Below are positions 1-13,750 of a DNA stretch of 64,000 bases, in pieces (position 1 is the first letter of the stretch; the number at the start of each line of letters is the position of its first letter). The stretch is from Octopus sinensis (taxonomy: Eukaryota): contig NC_043020.1 of NCBI RefSeq assembly GCF_006345805.1, forward strand, positions 12,462,001-12,526,000. The letters are read 5' to 3'. The position numbers and the translations under genes were made by a program. Below the pieces are notes generated by a model, which saw only the letters and a program-made list of their open reading frames with translations, had not been told where the DNA came from and ran no database searches.

Positions 1-10
1 ATATACTTTG

Positions 11-190
11 CTTCTTTTATTCTTCAACTTGTTTCAGTTCTCAGATTGCAGCCATGCTGGGGCACCGCTTTGAATTTGTAATCGAATGAACTGAACCCAG
101 TACTTATTCTATCAGTCTCTTTACCCGTACCGCTAAGTCACGGGGACGTAAACACACCAAAACCGGTTGATAAGCGGTGGTGGTGGTGGG
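11..190 (-). mobile_element. Old, diverged 3' fragment of SINE family B
   Basis: Degenerate match to the cttgtttcagtcatttgactgcggccatgctggagcaccgc...cggggacgtaaacacacc block seen in many copies in this window. Confidence 0.7.
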
Positions 191-1436
191 GTGGAGGAAC
201 ACATACAGTTTCAAAGACACACACACATACACTACTTTAGGCCTTCTTCCCGTAACAGAAAAGATTATAAATATACATATTGTCTTGCAATAATTCACAT
301 ACGAAAATTCCATTTCCAAACGAGTAGAAGCATAAAATCATATAATATTCCTTGTATTGAAACAGCTAAACTGAAAATTTAACTGAGCATGAACACATAA
401 GTCGCAAAACACTTCGTTGAATCGTTGACCAAGTTTGCTGGATTGTTTTAAGCCGTCCGTGAGTTAGCTGCCCTCAACACCAACTTTTAATGAAAAGAAA
501 CATCCTAAACCCCTCCAAATTTGACAACACTTGTTCTTCCCAATTGTAGAAGTTTTATCCTTGTTTAGGATATCACCTGAATATAGAACACAAAGCTGGC
601 CCTTTTCTTCGAAATCGTAATGATTGTTCACCAAGCAGAATTATATTATTTTCTGTTTAAAGAAACCTTTTGTTGTTGTTCAAAGCCGAATAATGGTATG
701 CAGATGGAACTTTGAAGATAACGGCTTCAGGAATGGTGGCATTTTGACCTTTTGTCTCTACACTGCAATGGGCAGAAAGATCAGGGTCAGATTTAAACCT
801 TGGGCGAAGAGGGGGAGAGGTTCATTTCAGTTTTGGTAAGACATTTAGGATCTTTTTGGTTTTAACGGCAGATTTTTAAAATAATTTCCACGTAACTAAA
901 AAAATTTTTAACTTCGTATACTGGTAGAATGTGTTTATAAAACATCTTTTTCTCTTGGCTTTGAGAAAATTCCATAGTTTGTAGGATATTTGTTGTTTGT
1001 TTTTTCTTCAATTTATGCAATTTCAACCAATCAATGATGTCCATTGAGGTAAAACACATTCTGTGCCGTATGAATATATCCCTCGTTTAAGAAACAGATT
1101 GGGTTTATTTACATTTGTAAAGAAAAAAAGATACCCCCCCCCAACCAACCCTAAAATAGATTGAAATGCAATAGATCGATACTAGGGTCATAATTATGGT
1201 TGACAATTTCATATGACACCGCTAGAAAAAACTGCCGTTCAAACCGAAAAGATTCGACTTTTATACACAAAACATAAATACAAAACCAAGTTTTTGTTGT
1301 TTCTTTTCCTCCTAGTTTGCCCCCCTTTCGCTGGTGAATGATTGTGAAGCGTTTCGGCTTTCTCAATGTTTTTTAAAGGTCCAAATAAATGATGTTGATT
1401 TGACTTTACTACAACTATACCAAGAAGAATACCTGT

Positions 1437-2075
1437 AGGCGAGCTGGCAGAAACGTTAGCACGCCGGGCGAAATGCTTTGTGGTATTTCGTCCGCCGCTA
1501 CGTTCTGAGTTCAAATTCCGCCGAGGTCGACTTTGCCTTTCATCCTTCCGGGGTTGATTAAATAAGTACCAGTTACGCACTGGGGTGATGTAATCGACTT
1601 AATCCGTTTGTCTGTCCTTGTTTGTCCTCCCTGTGTTTAGCCCCTGTGTGGGTAGTAAAGAAATAGGTATTTCGTCTGCCGTCACGTTCTAAATTCAAAT
1701 TCCACCGAGGTCAACTTTGCCTTTCATCCTTCCGGGGTCGTGGGGTCGATATAATCGACTTAATCCGTTTGTCTGTCCTTGTTTGTCCTCTCTGTGTTTA
1801 GCCTCTTGTGGCTTGTAAAGAAATAGGTATTTTGTCTGCTGGAAGGCGGCGAGCTGGCAGAAACGTTAGCACGCCGGGCGAAATGCTTTGTGGTATTTCG
1901 TCCGCCGCTACGTTCTGAGTTCAAATTCCGCCGAGGTCGACTTTGCCTTTCATCCTTCCGGGGTCGATAAATTATAGTAGCAGTTACGCACTGGGGTCGA
2001 TGCAATCGACTTAATCCCTCTGTCTGTCCTTGTTTGTCCCCCCCCCTGTGTTTATCCCCTTGTGGGCAATAAAAA
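1437..2075 (+). mobile_element. Tandem cluster of tRNA-derived SINE family A (full + 3' partial + full)
   Basis: Head ggcgagctggcagaaacgttagc (A-box-like) and gagttcaaattcc (B-box-like); tail aaagaaata; units restart at gtatttcgtc. Confidence 0.85.
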
Positions 2076-2674
2076 AATAAGAAAAATACCCGTAAATATT
2101 AACCCACTCACCAAGAATTGCATAATGAATGTATTATTTCCTAGCAATAAAAAGAAAAAACTTTAATGTCTTCTGTGCGTCACGATGAATTTTCCGATGA
2201 TGTATTCGGTTGTCATTTTAATTAACATGCTGCGAAATGATTGGGACCATATTTTAATTAACTTTGACGTACTTAGCCGACGGTAAAATGATTGATCGGC
2301 GATATATTTAGCACAATATTTATTACATTCGGTGAACTTAACGTGATCAAATTTCAGAAGTCCCACCTGCAAGTAATCATCTAACGAAAGGCCAGGTGTC
2401 TTCATCACGCATGTAAATCTATTGATTAATTCCGCGGCAACAACTATTTCTCACCGAAAACTGTTGTTCCACTTGTAAACATAACAAATTGTAACAGACT
2501 CTCTTTGAAAGCTATTCTGATGTTAGACATTGTTCTCGTAATTAATGTGAAACATATATACACACACACACACACACACATACACACCTGTATATAATCA
2601 TGCTGGGGTAGTGGTGGAGGGGAGACTGGAACAGTAGCTACCTATAGACACACACACATATATATATATATATA

Positions 2675-2839
2675 GGCGCAGGAGTGGCTGTGTGGTAAGT
2701 AGCTTGTTTACCAACCACATGGTTCCGGGTTCAGTCCCACCGCGTGGCACCTTGGGCAAGTGTCTTCTACTATAGCCTCGGGCCTACCAAAGCCTTGTGA
2801 GTGGATTTGGTAGACGGAAACTGAAAGAAGCCCGTCGTA

Positions 2840-2906
<67 letters not shown>

Positions 2907-3101
2907 CTGTGTTTGTCGCCCTAGCATTGCTTGTCAACCGATGCTGGTGTGTTTACGTCCCCGTCACTTAGCGGTTCGGCAAAAAGAGACCGATAGAATA
3001 AGTACTGGGCTTACAAAAAGAATAAGTCCCGGGGTCGAGTTGCTCGACTAAAGGCGGTGCTCCAGCATGGCCGCAGTCAACTGACTGAAACAAGTAAAAG
3101 A

Positions 3102-3104
<3 letters not shown>
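2675..3104 (+). mobile_element. Full-length SINE family B with internal (TA)n/(TG)n
   Basis: Head ggcgcaggagtggctgtgtggtaag (A box), ggttcagtccc (B box), CORE-like ccttgggcaag, internal microsatellite, tail agtaaaagagta. Confidence 0.85.
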
Positions 3105-3137
<33 letters not shown>

Positions 3138-3270
3138 GCACTTTCTCTTTCACGAATTAATGAGATTCTGTACAAGGCATATCTTACTGGTCATTAACGC
3201 CTAACAATAATCTCTCTCTCCCCTTCTACTACCCCCAATATCTTTTCCCTTTGTCGTCTATCTTCGCTAC

Positions 3271-3518
3271 TGTCAGTCTTCCTCGCCTTCTGTTCGTCTC
3301 TCCCTCTCTCCGCCAGCCAGTCTCTCCCTTTCTCCGCCTGTCAGTCTCTCCCTTTCTCCGCCTGTCAGTCTCTCTCTTTCTCCGCCAGCCAATCTCTCCC
3401 TCTCTCTCCTCCTGTCAGTCTCTCCGCCTGCCAGTCTCTCCCTCTCTCCACCTGTCAGTCTCTCCCTCTCTCCATCTGTCAGTCTCTCCCTTTCTCTGCT
3501 TGTAAGTCTCTCCGCCTG
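3271..3518. repeat. 24-bp pyrimidine-rich minisatellite (~10 copies)
   Basis: Unit approximately cctgtcagtctctccctttctccg repeated in tandem. Confidence 0.85.
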
Positions 3519-3562
3519 TAAACGTATACACATACATACACACATATACCTATACATATATA

Positions 3563-3722
3563 AGACGAACTCCTTTCAGTTTCCGTCTACCAAATCCACT
3601 CACAAGGCATTGGTCGGCCCGAGGCTATAGTAGAAGACATTTGCCCAAGGTGCCGATGCAGTGGGACTGAACCCGGAACAATGTGGTTCGTAACCAAGCT
3701 ACTAACCACACAGCCACTCCTA
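3563..3722 (-). mobile_element. SINE family B, 5' half
   Basis: Reverse complement of the 2675-2830 head region. Confidence 0.8.
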
Positions 3723-3811
3723 CGTAGTATATATATTTTTGTATACATCAGTACCAACAGCTTAATCCTTAAAGCTCACATACACTCAAACACACTTACT
3801 CGCATACAACA

Positions 3812-4210
3812 TACTCTTTACTCTTTTACTTGTTTCAGTCATTTGACTGCGGCCATGCTGGAGCACCGCCTTTAGTCGAGCAACTCGACCCCGGGACTTA
3901 TTCTTTGTAAGCCCAGTACTTATTCTATCGGTCTCTTTTGCCGAACCGCTAAGTAACGGGAACATAAACACACCAGCATCGGTTGTCAAGCAATGCTAGG
4001 GGGACAAACACACTCACACAAACACACACACATACATACATATATACATATATACATATATACGACAGGCTTCTTTCAGTTTCCGTCTACCAAATCCACT
4101 CACAAGGCTTTGGTCGGCCCGAGGCTATAGCAGAAGACACTTGCCCAAGATTCCACGCAGTGGGACTGAACCCGGAACCATGTGGTTGGTAGACAAGCTA
4201 CTTACCACAC
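3812..4210 (-). mobile_element. SINE family B, near full length
   Basis: Reverse complement of 2675-3104, including the internal CA/TA tract. Confidence 0.85.
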
Positions 4211-4589
4211 ACACACACACACAAGTATACATACTCACATGTATAATTATACAAGTAGACCCATCACATGCACAATGTACACATACATTTACAAGCGGAT
4301 AAACGTACAGGTGTACAGTTGTGCATAGACTCGAACATATACACGCTTTTTTTTTCTACATAGGCATGCGCACATATACGCAGACACGTGTTGTCCGGGA
4401 CTCTAGATATTGGCCGACGGAGGCTCAACACACAGACCACCACATGCACACACACGTACAAGCAGACGTGGACACACATACACACGTACGCACGGGCGCA
4501 ATCCACACCGCGTGCAGAAACAGTTGGCGACTTGTTAAATGTCACAGGTTTCAAAACAAAGCCATTTATCATCTTCAGCAGCAGCGGAA

Positions 4590-5135
4590 GACATCACCAC
4601 CACCGCCATCGCAACTACATATGACCCCACCACCACCACTATAGACAACACCACCACCACTATAGACAACACCACCACCTTTACTATCATTATACACAAC
4701 ACCGCCGCCGCCACCGCCGCCAACATACCTCCAAAAACACCACTACCATAACAAACTTTTCTTTCTATCTCTGTCTCTGTCTCTTTCTCTCACTCTCTTT
4801 CTGTCTCACTCTCTTTCTGTCTCTCTCTCTCTCTTTCTGTCTATCTCTCTCTCTCTCTCTTTCTGTCTATCTCTCTCTTTCTGTCTATCTCTTTCTTTCT
4901 CTCTCTCTCTCTGTCTCTCTCTTTGTCTCTCTCTTTCTGTCTCTCTCTCTCTCTGTCTGTCTCTCTCTTTGTCTCACACTCTGTCTCTGTCTGTCTGTCT
5001 CTGTCTCTCTCTTTCTGTCTCTCTCTCTTTCTGTCTCTCTCTCTCTCTGTCTGTCTCTCTCTTTGTCTCACACTCTGTCTCTGTCTGTCTGTCTCTCTCT
5101 CTCTCTCTTTCTGTCTCTCTCTATCTATCTCTCTC

Positions 5136-5170
<35 letters not shown>
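4590..5170. repeat. Compound simple repeats: (CAC)n-rich, (CT/CTGT)n, (CA)n
   Basis: Directly visible; these explain the low-complexity ORFs here. Confidence 0.9.
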
Positions 5171-5173
<3 letters not shown>

Positions 5174-5781
5174 CCGTCACTGCTTTATTAATGACCACCC
5201 ACAAAACCTCTAAATTCTTCAATATCTCATTCATCATCTGTTATTCTCTGTGTGTGTACGTGTAATCTTATTCTATGCTAAATGGTGATTGCATGTTTGT
5301 GTGTTGTGTGTTGTCACTTGGCCGTTATTTTTAAACACCTGTTCTTTCCCACAACCTCTCCACCCCACCCACCCCTATTTAACTACCAGTCGTCACCACC
5401 ACCGCCACCATCATCATTATAAACTACTACAAACGGCCAATCGCAACAGCTTTTTTCGTCTGCTTTCTCCCCCTCCCCCACCTCAGGTTATCTGATATTC
5501 TCTCACCGCCCCCTTCCCCCCCTCACTTGAAATATTACGAATGTCAAAGTGTCACAGTTATTTCTATTCACTTCACATTTTTTTTCCTTCACACACACAC
5601 ACACGATGCACATACATACATACACACGTACAAAGACCGCATATACATGCACGCAGGCACGCACACTACGATGCAAATAAACATATATACAGACCTGTTG
5701 ACACGCGCTTACGGCAATCTTTCAGCATTCGTGCAATTGTCTTTAGCCTAGCCACTTTATCTATGTCATAACTCTTACTCC

Positions 5782-6166
5782 TACTCTTTTACTTTTACTT
5801 GTTTCGGTCATTTGACTGTGGCCATGCTGGAGCACCTACTTTAGTCGAGCAAATCGACCGCAGGACTTATTCTTTGCAAGCCTTGTACTATCGGTCTATT
5901 TTGCCGAACCGCTAAGTTACGGGGACGTAAACACACCAGCATCGGTTGTCAAGCGATGTTGTGGGGACAAACACACGTACGTATATATATATATATATAT
6001 ATGCGACGAGCTTCTTTCGGTTTCCATCTACCAAATCCACTAACAAGGCTTTGGTCGGCCGGAGGCTATAGTAGAAGACACTTGCCCAAGGTGCCACGCA
6101 GTGGGACTGAACTCGGAACCATGTGGTTTGTAAGCAAGCTACTTACCACACAGCGACTCCTGCGCC
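5782..6166 (-). mobile_element. SINE family B, full length
   Basis: Same family, both halves present around a (TA)n tract. Confidence 0.85.
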
Positions 6167-6694
6167 TATATATTTTTTCTAAAGTATACAGAAAGAAAAG
6201 AAACAAAAAAAAAGGGAACGTTGTTTGAGTGAATGACATCGTCTACTAATACCGAAAGATTGCCCCTGCGATTTGAACACGTTACAGCTTCGTGCATATA
6301 GTTGATGTATTATGACTGGCTATTGGAATGAATTCTCTATTTGTGAGGGTTAATCATGACGAATGCACATCTTCAATATAACTTGGAGCTGTGGGTCTCA
6401 AAGATTGGTTTTTCTCTTCAGATCTGGAAAATATTTTATTCCCAAACAGTGATCGATTCCCACAAGTGAGACTCCCCACAATCTTGTATCTGGGACGGTA
6501 GAGCTACCACCGCACGCACACGTGTGTGTGTGTGTGTGTGTGTATCCATGCACATGCGTTGATAGACTCCCCCGCCAATAAAGGAACATAGGAACACATA
6601 TACACACACAAATACATACACAATCATAGAGATAAATACAAAGGAATGTATGTATACAAAGCATGAATACAGACTTATACACACGTTTATACAC

Positions 6695-6915
6695 ACACAC
6701 AGCACGTAGAAACACGCACTCATACAGCACGTAGACACGCTCACATACAGCACGTAGACACGCTCACATACAGCACGCAGACACGCACACACACACAGCA
6801 CGTGGACACGCACACACATACCGCACGTAGACACGCACACACAGCACGTAGACATACACAGACACACATCACGTAGACACACACAGACACACATCACGTA
6901 GACACACACACACAA
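6695..6915. repeat. CA-derived ~22-24-bp minisatellite (cagcacgtagacacg core)
   Basis: About 9 degenerate tandem units visible. Confidence 0.75.
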
Positions 6916-8853
6916 ACATATATATATATAGTGAATGTAGTGATACTAATTATGAATTTCAACAATAAGTGTCAAAGAATACTCCAGCGGCGTGCTCATT
7001 ATACCGAATACTCATGCGACTGACTCTCAGACTGAGTTAAACATGAGATAACTATAAAAATTTTCCCCTCCCCGACTATATTCATCCAAAACTTTCCTTC
7101 AAATATGTTTTTCAATGAAATTTTTCAAGGATACTTTCCCGACGCGGATTCCGATTAAACTTTGTTGAAATCATAAGATAATTATTGTATTCTACACCCT
7201 CGAAAACGTATTCAATGAAAAATTCATTGAAAGATATGCAATAACAAATTCTGCGTGTGTCCCCGACTGTTCCCAAGAAATTCTTGTCAAATTATATTTA
7301 GATAATCGTAATTTACAACCTCGTAATCCTATACATTTCATTAAAAAATATGCATGAGTTATAAAGAAACAGAGTCAGCAGGAACTGACTTCTGCAGAAA
7401 ATAGTTTTACTGTTATAAAAGTCGATTTACATTTTCAGAAACTAATAATTTACATTGCTGTTACTAATAGAATATCTAGATATTTTTGGTGTTTAACAAT
7501 CGATATTTTTTTTCTGTTGGATTGCAAAGTCAATTTTTTTCCCTTACACTAATTTTTAAATTCTAAAATATGCCTAAACTGGGAGAAAATTATTACTGAC
7601 CAATTTCAATAATTTCTTCTCTTTAAATATATCAGGAACGGAGCCACTCCAGCAGCTCATGAAAAGCTATAGAGAATATATTGTGTTAAATTTTTAGATT
7701 TAGCTGAGTTTCGTTAATTCCAGTATCATGTGCCATTTGTCCATTATCTTCAATCATTTTAGCCTAGATGGTTTAAATTTTTGTTGCATTTCTGATCTTT
7801 CTGATGTCTAAGGATCAATAATGATGTGTGTGAGTCTGTTTTCTGGAGAACCGAAGCGGCAAATTTACATTATCTTGTCTTACTCATTTTTCCCCGGCCA
7901 AATCTGTCTTTTATATGCTCAAAGGGAACGGCGATAATGTTCTGAAACAGTGTTAAAGAAGCAAATGCTTTGCTGATATAGTTTTTGTAAAGTAGTGAAC
8001 ATTCGTACAAAATATTTTGGGGTACTACTTAACTATAGAGGTCCCGACGCACCTAAAAGGAAGGTAGTCTAATTTTACGACATCTACTGTGATTTCGTAT
8101 AAGCGGCTCTTGTGTAAGTCGGAACTAAAAATTAACCCAAACCAACCCTATCCCTAACTGGCGGAGGTAAATAATACGTACACCACCCGTTTTCTGCGTA
8201 ACTCTAACCCTAACTAGCGTGCACTGTAAAAGCATCAGATTAAAAACAGACGATATTATGGAGGGAAAAGATCAGAGTAAAAACAGACGATATTACATCA
8301 TCAACAGTCGTTTTGGTAAAACTACATTACCATTATGTAGAGCCTATTTCTTTTTCTCGAAACCAAATCATGCAGCGAACATTACTTTTCCCGCGCCCTA
8401 TAGAGATTATCAAACCATTTTATGTAGCCATATAACTTTTTTTTTTTGTTAAACGATTTTACGTGAACAATTAAGTCAAAACAATCTCTTTCTGGCTAAA
8501 AGATATATAGAACAATTAATAAGTAAAATTTAATGACTTACTTAAAAACTTTAATGTAAATATTCCAACAGGCGACCGTAGTCTTTCGTCCAAAAGACTG
8601 AGTAACGACCTGCCTCTACAGCCACCATTTCTCGTATGCATTGTGGGTAAAACCTTGGGGAAGACGCACGTGGGTTTTTTTTTCTCTTTTCAAAATTTCA
8701 AGAAATATGTTAATTAGCTTAAGATACCAGGTGCCAAGATTAAACAGAAGGAAATGGTAACTCAGGAATAAAAATGATCTGGTGTTAAGGGTACAAGGGG
8801 AGATAAATCGATTACACTAATCCTTTTATTTGAGCGATACTTTATTTTATCGT

Positions 8854-8930
8854 GTGGAGGCGCGTGGTTTAGTGGTTAGGGTGTTCGACTCATGATCGTA
8901 AGGTTGTGGTTTCGATTCCTGGACCGGGCG
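8854..8930 (+). mobile_element. Isolated tRNA-like SINE head related to family C
   Basis: gtggaggcgcgtggtttagtggttagg...ggtttcgattcctggaccgggcg parallels the family C head; no body follows. Confidence 0.65.
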
Positions 8931-8976
8931 ATCGCTGATCCCATAAAGAGAGAGACAGGTTATATTAAATCTCTGA

Positions 8977-9207
8977 GGCGGCGAGCTGGCAGAAACGTTA
9001 GCACGCCGGACGAAATGCGTAGCCGTATTTCGCCTGTCGTTACATTCTGAGTTCAAATTCCGCCGAGGTCGACTTTGCCTTTCATCCTTCCGGGGTCGAT
9101 AAATTAAGGACCAGTTACGCACTGGGGTAGATGTAATCGATTTAATACCTATGTCTGTCCTTGTTTGTCCCCTCTGTGTTTAGCCCATTGTGGGTAGTAA
9201 AGAAATA
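8977..9207 (+). mobile_element. Full-length SINE family A monomer with 16-bp target-site duplication
   Basis: TSD tatattaaatctctga at 8961-8976 and 9208-9223. Confidence 0.92.
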
Positions 9208-9644
9208 TATATTAAATCTCTGAACGTGAGGTAAACAGTAACAGTACGGAATCGTAAAATATATTTGCCAACTAAATGTGGCGGTCCTATAGAGGACAGT
9301 GTTACTGTTGTTTTTAGCCATAGGAAGACATCTCCTCCAGCTGGCCAACGACATACAGTCTATGTTCGATTAGTATTTGCGAGGGAGGTCATCGCTCCCA
9401 TCTCTATTTTAATTTTCCTTCTATTGTTACTGAAGAGAAACTCGACTTCTTGTTCCTGTTGCTTTCTGCTACTATTCCCATTAGCATTGCATCATTTGTT
9501 TCACTATAAATGGCGCCAAACTGTTCACGCCTGTACCTTGACGGACCATCATCTTACAGGAGGCTGATGACTGCCGTTCATGTGCTACGCTCAGTATGTG
9601 CCACGCTCAATAAGTGGCATACTCAATATGTGCCACGTTCAATA

Positions 9645-9685
<41 letters not shown>

Positions 9686-9893
9686 TACTCTTTACTCTTT
9701 TACTTGTTTCAGTCATTTGACTGCGGCCATGCTGGAGCACCGCCTTTCATCGAGCAACTCGACCCCGGGACTTATTCTTTTGTAAGCCCAACTTATTCTA
9801 TCGGTCTCTTTTGCCGAACCGCTAAGTGACGGGGACATAACACACCAGCATCGGTTGTCAAGTAATGCTAGGGGGACAAACACAGACACACAA

Positions 9894-9940
<47 letters not shown>

Positions 9941-9985
9941 CATACATACATATATACGACATATATATATATATATATATATATA
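9686..9985 (-). mobile_element. SINE family B 3' half running into a CA/TA tract
   Basis: Sequence match to other family B copies. Confidence 0.8.
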
Positions 9986-10416
9986 AAGGACGATCTGTTG
10001 AAATTGCATGCTGACAAAACGCGCACCGGAATCTCTGAATCACTGGAAATGCTAGCACTCTATACAAGTTTCGAGGCTACTTCCTCTGAAATTCCAGTGG
10101 CAGAGCACAAGAGTGACACTACCCTGCTATATTCGAGGGACAGAGTAATCTAAAGAGATTGATGATTTTTGTTCTCCTCTTGGTCATATAGGAACAATGT
10201 AAGTAGAAATGTTGAAGAGCGTGAGAGGCGGTATGCTTAATAGTAATACGCTACCCTTGTTTTGGGGATCCCTTTTGACAAAGAAAATATAGGCAACCCT
10301 CTCGCGCCAAGTCTTGGAAGCAACATATCTCTACTTTTTACCACCCTCCAGCGATATGTCACTCCGTAGCCTCCATCTACCCACGTACGCCGGCACTCAG
10401 CACCCAGTCCTTAGAA

Positions 10417-10617
10417 CAGTGCTTTTCAAACATTTTGCTGGAGCGGAACCCCAAGGAAACATTCCACTGGCTCGAGGAACCCTTGTGCAATAATTTAATA
10501 GTCTTATGCACACATATCTGCACAGGAGAATTAAAAATTACTGTCGATTTTAGCATTTTTGCAACTTCTTGCGGAACCCCTGGACTGGACTGGCGGAACC
10601 CATGTTGAAAACCACTG
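10417..10617. mobile_element. hAT (Charlie-like) MITE
   Basis: TIRs CAGTGCTTTTCAAAC / reverse complement CAGTGGTTTTCAAC; perfect 8-bp TSD ccttagaa at 10409-10416 and 10618-10625. Confidence 0.9.
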
Positions 10618-10989
10618 CCTTAGAAGAACACATGAAACGTCTCCACAGTCATAGCATAGCAAAACCAACAGAATTAAAAGAGACATTTCCATTGCAGTGT
10701 GAGTACAATCATCGAATGACATAGTCCGCCAATTTACACGCGCAGTTTTAACCGTACTCCTGTGGAACTACTCAAATTCCTTGACAGATATCAGAATTAG
10801 AAAAAAAACCCTACTCGTCATAGTTCTGCCTCTATTTTCAAATTAGAGGTAATTGTCGCTTTGGAGCAATTCCCAGGTAGCAGCAGCGGTGATATAAACG
10901 GACTACAATTAAACCAACTCAAAGACATAACTTCGTCACAAGCCACTAAGGTCAGCAAATGTCTGTTTCGGTCGATCGCTGCTCCAACG

Positions 10990-11450
10990 AACAGCCACCT
11001 CCCAGCCGATCTATCTCACCCTGCCCATAACTTTTTCTTCGCCAGCTTGACAGCATTGGTTAAAAGAGATATTTTCTACATCGCAGTCTGTGAGGTTTCC
11101 CAGCGATATGCGGCTAAAATCGTTTGTAGACCAACATAGAAAGAACTACGCCATGTTCAAGAACTAGTCCTCGACGTCCAGTGCAAATGTACGGTGGCTG
11201 CCCCTCCCCCCAAAAGCCAGACGCTTCATTAAGTAATCATTCTTCGATCTTTGTCGCCTGTTCGTAAAGCTAGTCATGCGAAACTCCTTTACTATCGTTA
11301 TAACCATACCAAAGGTGCACCAGGGACGGTGTGCCTTTGATAATGGTTCCTAGCATCTTGCTTACAGAACATGCAGAATGCTTATCCGCCACTGGCAACA
11401 TCGTGATGTTCACCGATGGTTTTCTGCAAGGTAACTCACTCAGATCACTT
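10990..11450 (+). pseudogene. Probable heavily decayed piggyBac-like transposase relic
   Basis: One frame with stops: HNFFFASL..VKRDIFY (cf. DN[F/W]FTS) at 11026 and YNHTKGAPG (cf. YNxTKGGVD) at 11299; the two catalytic-Asp positions are 99 codons apart versus 101 for D346-D447 in T. ni piggyBac; an HRW/PMVF remnant follows. No TIR or TTAA identified. Confidence 0.5.
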
Positions 11451-11722
11451 CTCTTTACATAAGCCGTTCACGATGTTTCTCGTTCCATTCGTTCACTGTT
11501 CTGGGACATGGACGACATGACATGAGAAGTAGGGAGGTTGTCGAGAACATCGCAGATGAGTTTTGAAACACTATTCTAGTCATACAGTTTCTTGGAGTCG
11601 TCTGAACCAGAATTGAGATTTCGAATGAATTAGAAAGCAAAATTGGTTCCACGGCACGGAGCATTTGATCCATTCAGACCGAGATGCAAGCGAGCTAGAG
11701 AGATGATACTCAGTTCGCCATA

Positions 11723-12105
11723 GGCGGCGAGCTGGCAGAGACGTTAGCAAGCCGGGCGTTCTGAGCTCAAATTCCTCCGAGGTCGACTTTGCCTTTCATT
11801 CTTTCGGGGTCGATAAATGAAGTACCAGTTACGCACTGGGATCGATATAATCGACTTAATCCGTTTGTCTGTCCTTGTTTGTCCTCTCTGTGTTTAGCCC
11901 CTTGTGAATAGTTAAGAAATAGGTATTTCGTCTGCCTTTACGTTCTGAGTTCAAATTCCGCCGAGGTCGACTTTGCCTTTCATTCTTTCGGGGTCGATTA
12001 AATAAGTACCAGTTACGCACTGGGGTCGATATAATCGACTTAATCCGTTTGTCTATCCTTGTTTGTCCCCTCTATGTTTAGCCCCTCGTGGGCAGTAAAG
12101 AAATT
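11723..12105 (+). mobile_element. SINE family A dimer (internally deleted full unit + 3' partial unit)
   Basis: Head ggcggcgagctggcag; junction aagaaataggtatttcgtc near 11920. Confidence 0.85.
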
Positions 12106-12723
12106 AAAATGTTACAATATCAAAACGCAACTTTACTAGAACGAGCTTTCAATCCTTCCTCAACTAACGCTGCCACATCAGCCTCCGAACTGCCCCGCAA
12201 CTGAAACAATGAGTCAGGCTCAACATGCTCCACCGTTCATCATCATCCAGCATATCTTTAAAGATAAAGATATCGGAATTGCTATGTGCCAAGGTTTCCA
12301 AGTATAGGAAATGCATGAATGTCTCCGAGTGACCGAAAACGATCAAGCAATATCCCATTATGTCGATGGTGAAAAAATAACACACTTATCAATGGCGAAA
12401 TCTTTTTTCTATTTGCCTTATTCTGAGAATAAATGAAAACCAGTTTGTTAAAATTTTCCCCTGTAAATTGCCAGCGAATATCGAATAACTGAGCTGTGAA
12501 TTATATGTGCAAAATCACTAATGGCAGACAATTGCTTGTAAAGTAGTTCTGTTCCAAGTGTTAGATTTTCTATTGAATTAAACCCATTTATAACGGCCGA
12601 AGATGCTGGAAAATAGACACTCGTGAAGAAAATTAAAATTAAATATACATGTATTATCACTATAATTAGGTGGCAATGTGTGTGTCTGTATGCACGCGCT
12701 GTTGCACATGCACGTATATATAT

Positions 12724-12823
12724 NNNNNNNNNNNNNNNNNNNNNNNNNNNNNNNNNNNNNNNNNNNNNNNNNNNNNNNNNNNNNNNNNNNNNNNNNNNNN
12801 NNNNNNNNNNNNNNNNNNNNNNN
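12724..12823. other. Assembly gap (100 N)
   Basis: Exactly 100 N. Confidence 1.
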
Positions 12824-13146
12824 ACTCATCGAAAGAAATAACAGTACCGAGGAAGAAGGCTCGCTCCAGGTTGCATTAATCTATCCAGGTATAATCCGTC
12901 TGTCTTCACTTTTTTTCCACCCGTGTGTTTCTATTTAAATTTTCGGAACACACACACAAATACATACACACACACAAATACAGCACACACATGCAAGCGC
13001 GCACACACAGACATGTATATGGACAGGTAGGTTGATATATGGACAGGTTGATATACATATGAACAAGTAGGTCGATATACACACACACCTTGTCAGCACT
13101 AATTTCGATCAGACTTATTTTCTCTCGCTTACTCTCTTTTTCTATC

Positions 13147-13168
13147 TGTCTCTCTGTCGATCTTTCTT

Positions 13169-13255
<87 letters not shown>

Positions 13256-13398
13256 GTCTGGAGACGATCAAGAGGTGGTATTCATCAACTTTTAGACCTT
13301 ATATTATGTCATTTATATATATATATATATAATATATATTATAATATACACACATCCTATGTAATATATACATACATGCATATATATATATGTATATA

Positions 13399-13435
<37 letters not shown>

Positions 13436-13614
13436 GATATATAATATATATATATACATGTGTGTATATATATACATATATTTATGTTTACGTTCTTGTC
13501 CCAGTTTGTATTTTCTACATATAATATTATATCTATACACATACATACATATGTAATATACACACACATACATACATACATACATACATACATTCATCAC
13601 ACATACATACATCA

Positions 13615-13664
<50 letters not shown>

Positions 13665-13711
13665 AACACATCCATATGTAATTTATACATACATGCATAT
13701 ATATATATGTA

Positions 13712-13750
<39 letters not shown>

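Noticed and set aside
380-1059. Short protein-like ORFs (624-839 plus, 862-1059 minus)
   Set aside because: No motif recognised, frames are not continuous, no convincing splice sites
4540-4580. CTGAAGA...GAAA on the minus strand; also CTGANGA at 9430, 9564, 20468, 22675 and 22739
   Set aside because: No supporting helices
7560-7990. Possible decayed coding sequence on the minus strand
   Set aside because: Many stops and no assignable family
8125-8215. Telomere-like aaccct motifs
   Set aside because: Only a few scattered imperfect units, not an array
11040-11330. Gypsy RNase H-like reading on the minus strand (PHIAGKPHRL)
   Set aside because: Weak resemblance; the plus-strand piggyBac reading explains the region better, with two correctly spaced motifs
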